Notes under the pieces: model-generated
What the model was told of the DNA's origin: nothing
Seen by the model: only the letters and a program-made list of their open reading frames with translations
Database searches by the model: none
Shown: in pieces, positions 49,976 to 62,659 of the stretch
How positions within the stretch are numbered: the stretch's first letter is position 1
How the letters are laid out: the number at the start of each line of letters is the position of its first letter
Translations under genes and position numbers: made by a program
NCBI GenBank assembly: GCA_002633005.1
Contig: NMRA01000101.1
Location: forward strand, 682,001 to 746,000
Source: Phoronis australis
Lineage: Eukaryota > Animalia > Phoronida
Reading direction: 5' to 3'
Length of the DNA stretch: 64,000 bases

Positions 49976-52121
49976 TTTTATTTTTCTGTTAGACCTAATG
50001 CTCCATCGTAACCACATGTTAATAACAGAAACTATTGGTTGCAGGGTGTGGACGAATGAAACGTGTTTGCAGTTAGGAATAGCTTTTTACAGTTGTAGCT
50101 AACTTTTGAAACTGCATGGATCGTATTCTAAGGGACACCTTGGACAGTCACCTTAAATAAAAACATTTTGCTGTTCTGAGAACTTCCTCAGTTTCGCTAT
50201 AAGTTATACGTTGGAATCCTTTCCATAGCTAAAGGAGAATTCATTTCTAAGAGACTCCTCAGCGTACCTTTAAAGTTTACCTCACTAACAAAATTCATTC
50301 ATTTCCATTATGATATGCAAAAAGATGGCAGGGTACTTTCACTGAACCGCAGCTGTAAACTGGATGGAAAAGCTTTAGCTTTCATGCGCGCACCCAGCCT
50401 TCGATTTGGGGGGCTCGAATTCCTGACGTTGTCCTTTTAATAACAAAAAAGCGGGCGGACTAAAAAAAACGGCACCACTGTGAATTGTGCGTTTGTACCT
50501 GTTTAGTGTACTTTAAACTCATTCTCTCGTACTTTTGTTTCTCAGAGACGGACCTTTTTGCCCACTTCGCCAAATGGGGGGCTCGTTCGAGCCCCTTGAG
50601 TTGTAGGCCACCCGTGCTCATTTTTAAGCCTTTTTCCTTCTCCACAAATTGAAAAGGGATTTTTGTGATTCACCTTGGTACAGACCGCTGTTTTAGCATG
50701 TTTGACGATCCTGTTACTGTGTTGTACATTTAAATTCACTCCATAGCTAGTGTTTCTCACTCTCATGCTGACGACATTCCCACTAACAACATTTTTTCTT
50801 AAAATCCCACATAGCGCTAATTGCGTCTAATCGAAGTTGAAACCTGCCATTGCTTTAACACAATTCTCGTTGCCCATCGATAATGAAATAGCATTCTACC
50901 GATGCGGTCTTTTCCTCAACACTGACAAGTTTAGGCACAATTTCAACAACGTTTCCTGTCAGTAAATGTGATGACCATGTACGCTCATCGAAAACCAGAA
51001 AATTGACGTCATATCCCCTGGCGTGCGCAGTGTAAAATGGCGAGTTGCCAGTTTTGAGAACTGAACGAGAGACTGCTCGAAGAAAAAAGTTGATAACAGG
51101 AGTATTTCTTCGAGTTGGAACGAATTAAATTCATCGACGACCTCCTAAGGTGCCCCTCTTTGAGCAAACGGTGTTTACAGCGACATGACTTTGATGTTTT
51201 AGTCAGTGTGAGGCTTAATTCGCCGAAAAGCTTCTGGCGGATGAAGCTCCTATAGTAACCGTAAACCGTCTCTACTGGGCCAGCTAGAGGCCGTTTACGG
51301 TGATCACTGTCTAGTGTCTCACAAGACATCATACTAGTTACCATGGTAACACTGTATAATTTAGCTTGGCAACCCCCTAAGTTTTAAGGGAGGGTCACTA
51401 TAAGTACTTAGAGCATGGCTGCCCGGCTGCTAGATGTAACATGACCTTGCCGGTCAAACCTAAAACTGCCCGTGTTGGCCGGGTTACTAAATAGCAACAC
51501 TTATTATTTCGGTAAAGGCAAATTTTGCATATTTAGCTGAAAGTAAGTGATTATTTTGGGAATAATTTGTTGATTAATCGTTCAGGCTACTTGTCACAAC
51601 CCGAAGGCCGCCATGTTGTGGCTATACCACTGCAACCAGGCGTGTCGTACCGTAGTCGGTTTCGTTTAACCATAATAGTGGTTGACTTGGGTTGTTTCAG
51701 CTGAAATCGCCCAATGTCGGACACACCTATAGTGCTCACATAAAGTTGTTCATTTCATTACCTAACTATTTTCACGAGTGGTTGGCGTTATTAAACGCGC
51801 TCAACTTATAGCTATTTAATTAAATTGAACTCAATTACAATTGATAATGAAAGTGCTCATGAAGTCGTCAAAATTCACGTTATCTAGAATTTTGCTTAGT
51901 TAGAAGTGAACAAAATAATATTTTGTATTCGAGCTTAGCCCTGTAACCTCAGGAGAAGCCACTACAAAAAGAAACTGCTAGTTCTCTGTGCCGCCGTATT
52001 TTTGTAATTTTGAGGTCAGCCACTAAAAGTAGTCGAGCTCTGTTTCATTCTGTATCCTCGTTTGTCAGTTTTGGGCGTTTTACTCAAGAATGAAGATAAC
52101 ATTATCATGTGTATCCTTTAG

Positions 52122-52247
52122 GTATAGATTTAGCAACTGGAATATGACGTGTGGTGCTGAGAATGCTGCACGCTGTGTGAAGTCCGATGGTAATGTACAG
52201 AACTTTTTCGTCCACATGTCGATCAACTTTATTCAAACTACAGACGG
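52122..52247 (+). CDS. TCTN2: Tectonic-2-like exon (absent from ORF track)
   Basis: cctttag acceptor, GG|gtaaga donor, phases 2/2. YRFSNWNMTCGAENAARC.....QNFFVHMSINFI fits the tectonic W...C...C...Q.F.....F pattern. Confidence 0.88.
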
Positions 52248-54100
52248 GTAAGAACTTGGGAAGAAAGCATATAGAATAATTGCACACTGAAATTGTCTTT
52301 TATTTGATGTAATTCAAAATCAACAAAATAGCATCTGTGTAGTATGGTTATATTTCAGTAAGTTGGACTAGATGCCCTTGTTACAGTGCAATGTAATTCA
52401 ACATACAGTAATGAGGTTGCATGAAAACAAATTTATGAGGAGACTGAACACTGAAATAAATATATTGGTCGACATTTGGTACTCTGTAAAACCTTTCAGT
52501 ACTGAAAATATCCAGCTTTCAGGTCCCCGTAAAGGAGTTTTCATAAGCAGAAATAAAAGCCAGATTCAATGTTAGGTTGAAAATAAACGGCATAGTCTCT
52601 GATGCCAAGCACAACCTAAATGTTTGCCTCACATTTGTCAAGGAATGCGCGGAACGTATGTCGAAGTGTCGTTTCTTGGGTTCTGTTATCATAAACTCTA
52701 GGCCTATATGTATGTATCTTTGTATGGAAGATAACTTTCAAAGTAAATAGGGGCTTCATAAGTTAGACATGTATCAAAGTTTTTGTGCGTTCTCAATCTT
52801 CCAGTTCAGTGAGCAGACCAAGGTCTGATCCTGCATGTTACACTTATGCAACATACTGCCTGCACGTCAGTGTTGATATTGAACAACTGGGTCGGCTGAA
52901 CTACAGTTGAAACATTTATACTTAGGGACCAAGTTATCAGAAGGCTGTAAAATCAAAATGATAGCCCCGAGAGCTTACTAAAGAACAGAAACTTGGAAAT
53001 TCATTCACATTTTAGTCTTGAACATTGCGATGTTGTGTGTGGGCGAGGAGACGGGACACCACTGAACAGCATACACATGGATTATCAAGTGAAGTGAATT
53101 ACAAATACCTATAACAATTTTGAATAGCACAAGCGTTCGGACAATTTTCTAGAAATTCGTGCTGCTTGTGAACGAGTACGTGATTTACGTAGCGTTGCGT
53201 CGTTGGGCAGATAAAATCTGACACATTTCTATGATTGCACTCGGATAGATTTGCCGATGAAAGGTCAATATTCCAAGATGCTAGGTGGCTACTTATGGAT
53301 GTATTGGCCCAGGCCAGTCTCTGCACAGGAACTAGTCTACTTTATCTAAGAAATATTCAGTTTTTCCCCCGGGTCAATCGTGGAAACTTATTTAATTGTA
53401 ATATACGCTGTACTGCAATAGCCTACCAGCGTACATAAAATACAGTGCACCGAAGACATCCAATACTGGCAAGCACTGTTTCTAGCTATTTGAATATGTT
53501 TAACATCTGAACGAAGTTCACAATGGACTCAAAAAAGCTTGAAATGGAGTGGCTGTACCGCTGTGAGTGAATGTTCGTATTCTCAAGGTCCATTTGCATT
53601 TTTTTTTTGACTCCTGCGGAACAATTAAGTTTTCAGTACGATATTGCCGAGAACGCATCGAAAAGCGTCCGTTGTAGATTTGCAGGGGTCTTTTCCACAT
53701 TTGACATTTGTTGGAACTGTTCATTCGAGTGTAGTGAAGGTGCCAGATCGCTTTTCAGTATCGAAAAATCCACCCAATATTAGTTTAAATACATAAAACA
53801 GATAGAGCTGGACGCTACGGGAGGCACGTGCTCCTAATAAATGGGTTCATTTCGAGCGTCACTGTCGCTACCAAAGTGGCAACCGGTGGAGAATCGTATA
53901 GATGATATCGCCTGGGAAAGCACACGAGAAATTGTGAACGGCAGTGTGCATCTGCTTAATGACTAGCTAACCCATATAATACACTTACATACAACTTGGT
54001 ATATAAATCATGCAAGACGCAGTACTTGAACATAAAATTTAGTAGTGATTTGTATTTATTACTTAACTGTATGAAAAACATTCCACCTGTCATGTTTCAG

Positions 54101-54302
54101 CGAGATCCTCAAGCGCAATAATTCTAAGAGGAAGGGCGGCTCTAGGTTCCTGGATCCCCTTCGACTGACGAAGCAGCAAATTGTGGCAGGACCACCGTAC
54201 ATTGCTACGCATGCCCTGTTCACGGCAGTCATTGTCATTTTTGTTGCTGTTTTCTTCACGATCATGAGATTTTCACCAACATTCCCTTTCCAACTTTATT
54301 AA
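54101..54302 (+). CDS. TCTN2: Tectonic-2-like terminal exon with transmembrane helix
   Basis: tgtttcag acceptor (phase 2). ...HALFTAVIVIFVAVFFTIMRFSPTFPFQLY* ends at TAA 54300-02; AATAAA at 54341. Confidence 0.75.
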
Positions 54303-54340
54303 TCGTTGTAATTTAGTGTTAATCAGGTTTAACTTGACGC

Positions 54341-54346
54341 AATAAA
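54341..54346 (+). terminator. Candidate poly(A) signal of the Tectonic gene
   Basis: AATAAA 38 nt after the stop, followed by GT-rich sequence. Confidence 0.45.
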
Positions 54347-55710
54347 TAAGTTTTCGTTCAGAAGCGCGCTAGTGCAGGTTCTCATTTTTCTTCACAGTGG
54401 ATTTACTATCCAGTCGAACATCGCAGAGGGCTTGACCTGCCCAACGATTTTCAGTATGGCATGGTACCCATCCCCTTCGAAGCACCACAAGCCAAATAAA
54501 ATATGTCGAGAATGCCAGTTTCCAACTACGCTGATCTATATAGCGTCAGTTCCAAACTGCCCACATCTGCCGTAATATCCTAATTTCAACTGAACACGGA
54601 CACATAAATCCATAGTCTTAGAGATTGTCTAGGAGTATCTACCGCCCCGTTAAAAATGTGGTTTTCTCTTCGATCTTGTCAGTTGCGACTTTGAAGTGTC
54701 CAGCTTCAGCGAAATTGCATGGCTGCGTACCACGTGAAGGCCTACGTGATACTGCGTGAAGGAATGATGAAGTCCGTAATTCGACGAAGTAATGTTCCCG
54801 GTAGATGAGGTGGATGTTTCAGTGGGTAAGAATGATGATCCAGAGTTCGTGTGCGGGCTACTGAAAGTTTTAGGGAGTAAAACGCGTCTTTAGTATCCCA
54901 AACGTCAATGTTTGCAAACGAGGATGGTGCGAGATCCATTCTTCCCGGGCGAGTCGGACCCCCTTCAAATTTCCCGGCATAACCTTGTTTTTACAATTTG
55001 CTGGACTTCCCTCCAACTCTCAGATCAGCTTATGTGCCAACAGACTACTTTTCAACACAATGGGGCGTCAATATGTGACAGTGTTCATGACATGAAACGG
55101 TCTGAATTCCATCCATATCTTTGCGAGTTATTTTAGATGGGTAAACATGGTCTAATGTAGTATGCTATTTGGCCATGAATGTTATGGATTTTCTCCAACT
55201 TCAGTCTGTAGCTAACTTCACTGAAGCAGCGTTAATTCTTACAAGACAAGCTACTAATTGTCAAAATGACATCTGTGAGTCAGTTGGTTCTCCTAGATAA
55301 ATAAATATGAACGACTGCATCACGACTTTCAGGCAAACTATTCCTTTAATAATTTGTTATAAATCAGACTAACCATTGGCTTTATGAAAAAAAAAACTAA
55401 GACGACTACTAACGATCTCGGCAGTCACTGCACAAGTACTGACATTCTGTACTTGGTGTGTAACATCTGGAAGACTTCTTGGTAACATGTATATTTGAAG
55501 AGAGCAATGGAGCATCCACTGAACAATCACCTCGTATGTTGGCATTCAAATACATGTAGGTATGTAGGACACTGAGATACAGTATACTCAAGAAGTAATG
55601 TCTAAAACTGACATAAACTCTTTTTGGTGTTTGTTTTCCAAAAAACAAACAGTCATTCCAGGACAGAAGACTTGAAAAGTGCCCCAGGAAAGAAGATACA
55701 CTTTAGTCAA

Positions 55711-55722
55711 AATAAATTTATT
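55711..55722. terminator. Palindromic AATAAATTTATT; candidate CLIP1 poly(A) signal (minus) plus a plus-strand AATAAA
   Basis: About 690 nt downstream of the CLIP1 stop, at the end of a T-rich (minus strand) UTR-like region. Confidence 0.45.
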
Positions 55723-56412
55723 CTCCAAATGACATTTGCTGGTGTTATTTAAAATTCATACATTGTATAACAGATTGGCAATAAATAACCAAACTATATA
55801 TATATATTTCACACTTCTCAATTAAATGCAAGTTAAAGTAAATAGAAAAGGAAACAATGCCAATAGGTGTCAGTGGTGGGTTGCATAGGTTGCTCAAATA
55901 AACTTAACAGAGTTGATTTAATAATTTAGATCACAAAAAACTATTTCACACAATCAAAGACAGTTGGCACTGTTTACTTATCTATAACAGCAATAATACT
56001 TAGTCAACATAAACAAACTAAACACTAATTCTGTGCTTAACTAGTACCCCTAGAAATTAATCTTAAATAAAATTAGGTATTAAAACATTTTAACCCCATA
56101 TACACCTTTCATCAGCTACTAACTTGACACCCAAACAGTTGGTCACTATGAGCTGAAAATACATCAGGAACCGAGTCATACAGTCACCAGGCATTACTGC
56201 TAAAAGAATATTCTCACTTAAAACCCTAAGCTGTGTACACAGTCTCTTGATGGCTAATGGATTATCAGAATTTCAAACAACAAACAGAACATAAAAAATC
56301 CTGACATACTGACTAGATGTCAGTGAGACAATATCAGCACCACCAGTTCACGTTACCCATATAGCTGCAGTTTGCTGAGCACATGTTTGCAGTGACTAGA
56401 TGAGCCTCGTAT

Positions 56413-56459
56413 TCAAAAAGTTTCTTCAAAATCGCAGTCAGCAGTCCAATGTCCAAATG
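56413..56459 (-). CDS. CLIP1: CLIP-170/CLIP1-like terminal exon
   Basis: tttcacag acceptor. AFGHWTADCDFEETF* completes the second zinc knuckle and ends in the EEY/F-type ETF motif. Confidence 0.93.
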
Positions 56460-56754
56460 CTGTGAAATAAGAATAAACAGGAAGTAAGGTTTGGGGCCAG
56501 TACCAGATTTTCTCATAAACCTTAACTCAAAACAGCCATTTCAAGGCCAGAACAGTTATAGAGGGACAGCTTTGGAGACGACAGGATAGAGTTCTGGAGA
56601 GAACTGGAGCCGTCGGCAGAATGAAATTTTCTGTGGCAGTGAACGCCTACCTTGAGCCAAGTGGTGCATGAAACAAAACTATCTTTAGTTTAAGGTCTGT
56701 GATGTTTCCTGATGTTTGCATTAAGGTTGCAAAGAGCTACAATGTATTTCACGG

Positions 56755-56900
56755 GTGAGAAACAACATGACCGCCGGTCCTCTAAATCGGACCGACTCAC
56801 CCAAACAGGACTGACGCACCTAAAAACATGACCGTCCCACCACAAAACAGGACTGACGCACCTAAAAACATGACCGCCCCACCACAAAACAGGACCGCCG
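56755..56900. repeat. Short tandem repeat, ~39-bp unit
   Basis: aaacaggactgacgcacctaaaaacatgaccg(t/c)cccaccac occurs twice, plus partial units. Confidence 0.8.
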
Positions 56901-57247
56901 GGGACTGAGTAGTTANGTATTTGAAATAACTAATGACATTCCATATCGGTACCTGGCTGCTATACAAGTCAAGTCCAGGATTTGAGCCCAAGTATGGGCA
57001 GACATTTTTTCACACTTAATTACATGTCATGTGAGGTGACCAACATTTGGCGTGCGTGAAGTCTAATAAATCTTTCTTACTGAAAGTTTATGGTTTACCC
57101 AGGTTGAGCATTTAGAACATTCCAAAAAGTGTAACCATTGGTAATGAAGGTAGGCAGTTACCTCAATACCAATCAGCAAACTTTTTGTGTACTATAAACC
57201 AGATATAAAACTGGCAACCATGAGGTGCTCTCAGCTGGTAGACCCAC

Positions 57248-57414
57248 CTTCACAGTTGTCACAATAGGGCCGCTCTTGGCCACGCTGACCATGGTATTGG
57301 GTGGGTGGGGGACTATCTGACATGGCCTGCTCTGGACAATCTTCAGTGTCGTGTTGATCAAACATGTCACAGATATCACAGTAGAGGCGCGGAGGAGCTC
57401 TAGCAACCTCGCCA
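57248..57414 (-). CDS. CLIP1: CLIP1-like exon (CCHC zinc knuckles)
   Basis: [48 protein letters not shown]; tttcag acceptor, gtgggt donor; phases 2/1. Confidence 0.95.
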
Positions 57415-58137
57415 CTGAAAACAAACAGGGCAAGGCTCTCAACATACTAAAATATGACATCTGTATGACAACTATGCAATTTTGTACTGTTTCAAATGAT
57501 TTCGGTTACGATGATACTCAGAAGGGTTTCACTTTTGGCTTTCATCCTATTTCTACATTTTTTGTAACAAAGCCAAGAAGTAATGAAAGCGCAGAACTTT
57601 TTTTCAATATATCCACCTAATTAGTAAAAATTGGACCCTGGCTTTTTTTCATAGCAACCACAAAAAGTGAAATTCATGTCAGTTCAAGAGGCACCATCCC
57701 CCAAACTAATGGCCCTAAAACCAAACAAGTTGCAGAACTCTGAAGAAATTCTTTGTACATCCAGAGTCACCTTTGAAATGCAACCCACAGATGACACAGG
57801 TCAGGTGAAAAATTAATCTTGCTTCTCAAGTTACACCCAAGCTGTCAATTCGTACTACATCCCTTTTCATGTGCAAAAAAAGCTGCATAGCCCAATTTCT
57901 CAAGTTTCTAAAATCCCCAGTTCTTTGTAATGGTACACATGCCAGTCTCTCAAGATTCTGAAAACTAGTCTCTTGTGATGCTATAAACCTCAGTTTCCAA
58001 TACTTTAAATCCCTCCAATGTAATGCTAACAACATCACTCTCACATCATAGACCATTGTCTCCCCTGTCACCATAAACCTTGTGTTAACTCCCACCTCAC
58101 GTTTATAAACTACAGTATCTCCTGTGTATCCTCTCAC

Positions 58138-58324
58138 CTTGCATCCAGACTATCGTCCATAGACCCATTCTGCACACTCTCCCCAGTCACCATGACCTGA
58201 AGCTGTCTCTGTAGCTCTTCATTCTTACTCTGCAGGTCAGCGATGACTGAGTTGAGGAAGTCTGTCTGACTCTCGGCTTCTTCTTTCTCCATCTTGTACT
58301 TAGCTACCAGACTGTCTCCCTGAC
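58138..58324 (-). CDS. CLIP1: CLIP1-like exon (end of coiled coil)
   Basis: AESQTDFLNSVIADLQSKNEEL matches the CLIP-170 QIDFLNSVIVDLQRKN motif; phases 1/2. Confidence 0.93.
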
Positions 58325-59402
58325 CTAAGTCAACTAAAGAACAAGCAAATGTCTCTTTGACACTGCATGTGGACCTCAAATAATATCATTAAGGCTTCAG
58401 GACAAAAAGCAATAAGTTGTCAACTTCAAAATTAATACAAGGCACTTTCCAGAATAACACAGCACCCTCTTCAATTCTGTAGTATTTACCCACAATGCTG
58501 CCTGCGCATACATGTAAGTAGCATCATTACTTTACACATACAATAGTTTTGACTTTTTTCATTTTCATACTATTTAAGCTTTACCATTAAGTGATTTGAA
58601 CAATTGGTAGACAAACATTTGACGGCCTGGGTAAGGTACATTCTTCACTTGTCCAACTCTGTTCAGAAGTGTTAGAGGGCTTATTTTTTAAAACTACAGG
58701 TCAATGATAGAAAGCATTTTCTATTTCTGAAAAGGAGGATAGTTGACTAGCCTGTGGCAATTGCAACAAATTTACCAATCAATGAACTCCATAATAAAAA
58801 CAGGAATGCTAAAATGACATTTATGTGACAGAGAAGAACTATCAAGACATTTGGAAGACATACAGATTAAAATAATGCTTGATAAATACAGTTGCCACTA
58901 GTTGTAGCCGAATTTATCCAAAATTATCCTCAACCATCATCACAAGCATAGGAATACACCACACAAATTTCCCATAGATTCTACAAAGGTTTTGGAGATA
59001 CAGATGAAATTTAAGGTTATTCAGAGCGCTAGAAAAATGTTCAATTGTAGCTAACTTCAAAATATATCTCGCATATACCTGACCAAATTCATACAAAACT
59101 TTCTAACACCATGCTTTAGACTGTTCTCCAACAACCTGTCGGGAATATTTTATAAAGTGCTTCGTTTTTGCAGGAGTGCCTATCAAAAGATACGACTTTT
59201 ATGATTTTTATGAAAAAAATAACAGAATTACTCCCTTGTCAGCATCTTCTTGAGCTGTTCAGCCAGGTTTGTTTACATTATTGCTTCAACTGAACAATTT
59301 CAAATTAAAGTCTAGGTCAGGCAGATGAGTCTCCAAGTGAGCTTGTCTATCCTAAATGTGTGCTTAGCACTTTTTGTCCTACTCAACTATGTCCCCACCT
59401 AC

Positions 59403-59565
59403 CTTGTTGCTCTAACTGAACAATTTCAGTTTTGGTCTCTAACTCAGCCAAGTCAAACTCTAACTGAGCTACTCTTTCCTCTAGCACTTTCTTGTCCAAC
59501 TCAGATTGGTCTAGGCTTGCCTTGTAGCTCCTCATCACTGTCATTTCTCCAGTCAATGATGTTAT
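59403..59565 (-). CDS. CLIP1: CLIP1-like coiled-coil exon
   Basis: ttgcag|ITSLTGEM...LEERVAQLEFDLAELE...QQ G|gtaggt; phases 0/1. Confidence 0.85.
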
Positions 59566-59867
59566 CTGCAATAGACACCAGAGCTATAGGACACTAGTAT
59601 ACAGAAAGCAATGCCAGAGAGAGAGAAAGAGGGAGCAAAGTATCCAACACTGTGAATACACAGCATGTGTTTGACATTCAGTCAAAATAATTGCAAACAT
59701 ATTTGTCATTTTCCATTTTTAAAAGCTCACTGCTATGCCATCTGTTGGCTGATTACAGTTATACAACATCAACCATGCTCACAATGAAGTCTGTTGAGTA
59801 AATTGGTAAACCAAAATTTTTCATTTGTCATATTATGATGTAAATCGAAAAGGCTCCAATGGAGTGA

Positions 59868-60326
59868 GCACTGTTCAAAGATAAATGTTACTACCTAGCA
59901 GGGGCTCCACTGCAGCTGAACTGTTCAAAGACTAAATATATAAAGATACGCGTTACTACCTCGAAGGGGCTCTACTGACAGTTCAAATACTAAATTTACG
60001 AGGATACGTGTTACAACTTTGAAGTGGCTACACTGCAGTTGAACTGTTCAAAGACTTTAAATAAGGATATATGTCACAACGTCGAAGAGGCTGTTCAAAG
60101 ACTAAATTTATTAGGATACTTGTTATTACCTCAAAGAAGCTCCACTACAGTTGAACTGTTCAAAGACTAAATTTATTAGGATACTTGTTATTACCTCAAA
60201 GAAGCTCCACTGCAGTTGAACTGTTCAAAGACTTTAAACATATAAGGATACATGCCACTACCTCAAAGAGTCTCCATTGCAGTTGAACTGTTCAAAGACT
60301 ACATTTATACGGATACACATCACTAC
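59868..60326. repeat. Intronic minisatellite, ~8 units of ~50-66 bp
   Basis: Recurrent ctgcagttgaactgttcaaagact...ggatac...tacctc; abuts the exon donor at 60325-26. Confidence 0.9.
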
Positions 60327-60444
60327 CTTGTCTTTCACAGTCTGTAGTTCCTTATCTTTCTGGTTCACAACCAAAGTTGTAGTTTCAATTTGCTTTGTCA
60401 GACAAGCCTTTTCAGCTTCTAGGTCTTCTATTAATTTACTGTTA
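60327..60444 (-). CDS. CLIP1: CLIP1-like coiled-coil exon
   Basis: tttcag|..NSKLIEDLEAEKACLTKQIETTTLVVNQKDKELQTVKDK|gtagtg. Phase 0 donor fits the next exon; the gene continues upstream. Confidence 0.8.
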
Positions 60445-61464
60445 CTGAAATACAATAGAAATACTGTTACTGAAATACAATAGGAATACTGTGTATGGTT
60501 AAACTTTAAGAATATGGGATGTAGCAAGGCAGAAAAGAGAAATTTTATTTATTTTTTTTTCTAATTTCACAAAAGATAAGTAGCACCAATTGCTCTGTTA
60601 TTTTAAAGTAATATACCACAGCGACCAGACAATGGTTTGAACCTTCTGAAAACAAACGAAAGATCAAACTGGCAATTATCTTTGTACAAAATAGATGCGA
60701 TTTTAGCAGACCTAAACAAGTTTCTTCTATCAGGGGGATTCAGTGACTTGAAACAAAATCAAGTAAGTCAAATACTGAGTGAAGACTTAGTATTTATGCC
60801 AATGACTTTTTTGATAGTTTCTATTGTAGCACCATCAACTATGAGTTCCAGTTTCACAGTGAAATAACTCAAACGTATAAAAATCAACATTTCTGGTCCA
60901 GCCCAATCCGCTTTTATGCCCCTCCCGCTTTGCCTTGTCAGTATCTATGTTTGAAACATGTGATGAGTTTATTCAAATTCATTCTTTCTGACAGTCAAAT
61001 GTCAATATGTGGCTGTGCTACTGTAAATGTACTGATACGCTTTATCAGTCAGTCAGCACATAAGGCAGCCTTAGTTCAAAGTGGCCAGTACCTCCAGATA
61101 TCACGATTTGCATCAAATAAAGCAGGATCCATACGATCTAACTTTCAGTTACAAGCAACAAAACTAATCAAACTGAACTCAATGCAATGTCTCAGTGGTT
61201 ACATCTCCCACCATGCAACCATGCAAGCTGATTCGTGACCATTATTAAAACACAATACCCCATAAAATAACAAGCATTTGTCACAGGGTGACCAAACTAA
61301 CCACCCCCACTGACTGGATACGCATGCATGTGGGCTGTAACTTTGTATGAAGGTAAACCAGATGAATCATTGCAACACTTTACGAACAACATCTCTGAAC
61401 ATGATCAGACAATTACAATTCTCAGAGCATTCAAATAAAAAGTTGCCACAAAAAAACATCCATA

Positions 61465-61520
61465 CAGGGCATGACATTACAGGGCATGATATTACAAGGC
61501 ATGATATTACAGAGCATGAT
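61465..61520. repeat. 15-bp tandem repeat (catga(c/t)attacaggg)
   Basis: Three to four near-identical units, followed by a gaccttgaaa..aggtcaa-type interspersed repeat to ~62030. Confidence 0.7.
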
Positions 61521-62659
61521 GGGATGTAACTTCTACATTTCTTGTGATGACCTTGAAAATGAGGTCAAAGTCACCAAAATGGACTGGTGCATGGATATGC
61601 TCCACTTACAAGTTGGTAACGAATATGAGCAAGTGAGAGGATTTCTTTTTGAAATACTGTGCCAATGGCATTAAGTTTGAAATTAAGAAGTCAAATTCTT
61701 TTAAAAGACAATCTCGAAAAAATGGACTGGCAGCTGGAGTTGCCTCACCTACACATTAGCACAAACTCACTTCTTGAGATATTATGCCACTCTTAAATTT
61801 CTTCCCATGAACTTAAAAACAAGGTCAAGTCACCAAAAACGACAACAGCCTGGTGATGGCCCACCCACACTTTAGCCTAAAATTTGAAATATCTAAAGCC
61901 CCTTCTTGAGACATCGTGCCAACATTTTCTCAAAGTCACTAAAAAAGATGTCAAGGTCATAAAGAAAGACAGCCGCACACAGGAACATAAAGTAGTGAAC
62001 ATTATGTCCCCTGCTTCACCTACCTGTGGTACCAAGGACAACTACACAGCAGGCATGTGGACTACACAATGTCTAACAAACATGCAATCAGTCTGACAAT
62101 ACTTGCAACAAAATCATAATATGGTAACTCTTCACTTCTTTACCAAGGCCAACAAGTGAAATTCTATACGGCCAAATTTCTCCATAATAATAAAGATTAA
62201 GAAAATTTTAGTCAGTTACTCTATACAAGACCATGCTAACATGGTTTCCACTGTGTTGGTGTCATAAAACAATTTTGAGAAAATTTTCCCTTATTTGCAG
62301 TAATGCAACAGTCTTTGAAAAAATAGGAAAAATGACAATTATTGCAAATTACTTTTGTGCAAAATAAGTGGCGAATTACCGTAATCTAACTTGGCTATGC
62401 TCATTTAATAAATTTTTATACTAAACAAAACAAGTAACCAAAACAGCAATCATAATGCACTAATCCTTGTCTAAGAAGAGCAATATGGAGCATTGATATG
62501 CATCTACTGTGTGCATCGCATACAGCATACATACAAGAGTTGATCATATTGAACATTCCCACTTACCACAGCAATGCTAGTAAGCAAGGGAGGCAGAAAT
62601 GCTCTCCTCAAAAGGAGCACCCCTCCAACATTTCATCATGATTCTTCAAGCAGTTTGGA

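Noticed and set aside
54398-54499. WIYYPVEH..LDLPNDFQYG frame resembling the TCTN1/3 tail
   Set aside because: Phase 0 acceptor is incompatible with the phase 2 donor at 52247, and it lies past the stop and AATAAA.
59868-60326. CRISPR-like appearance (conserved core with variable intervals)
   Set aside because: The intervals are diverged copies of each other rather than unique spacers, the context is a eukaryotic intron, and there are no cas genes.
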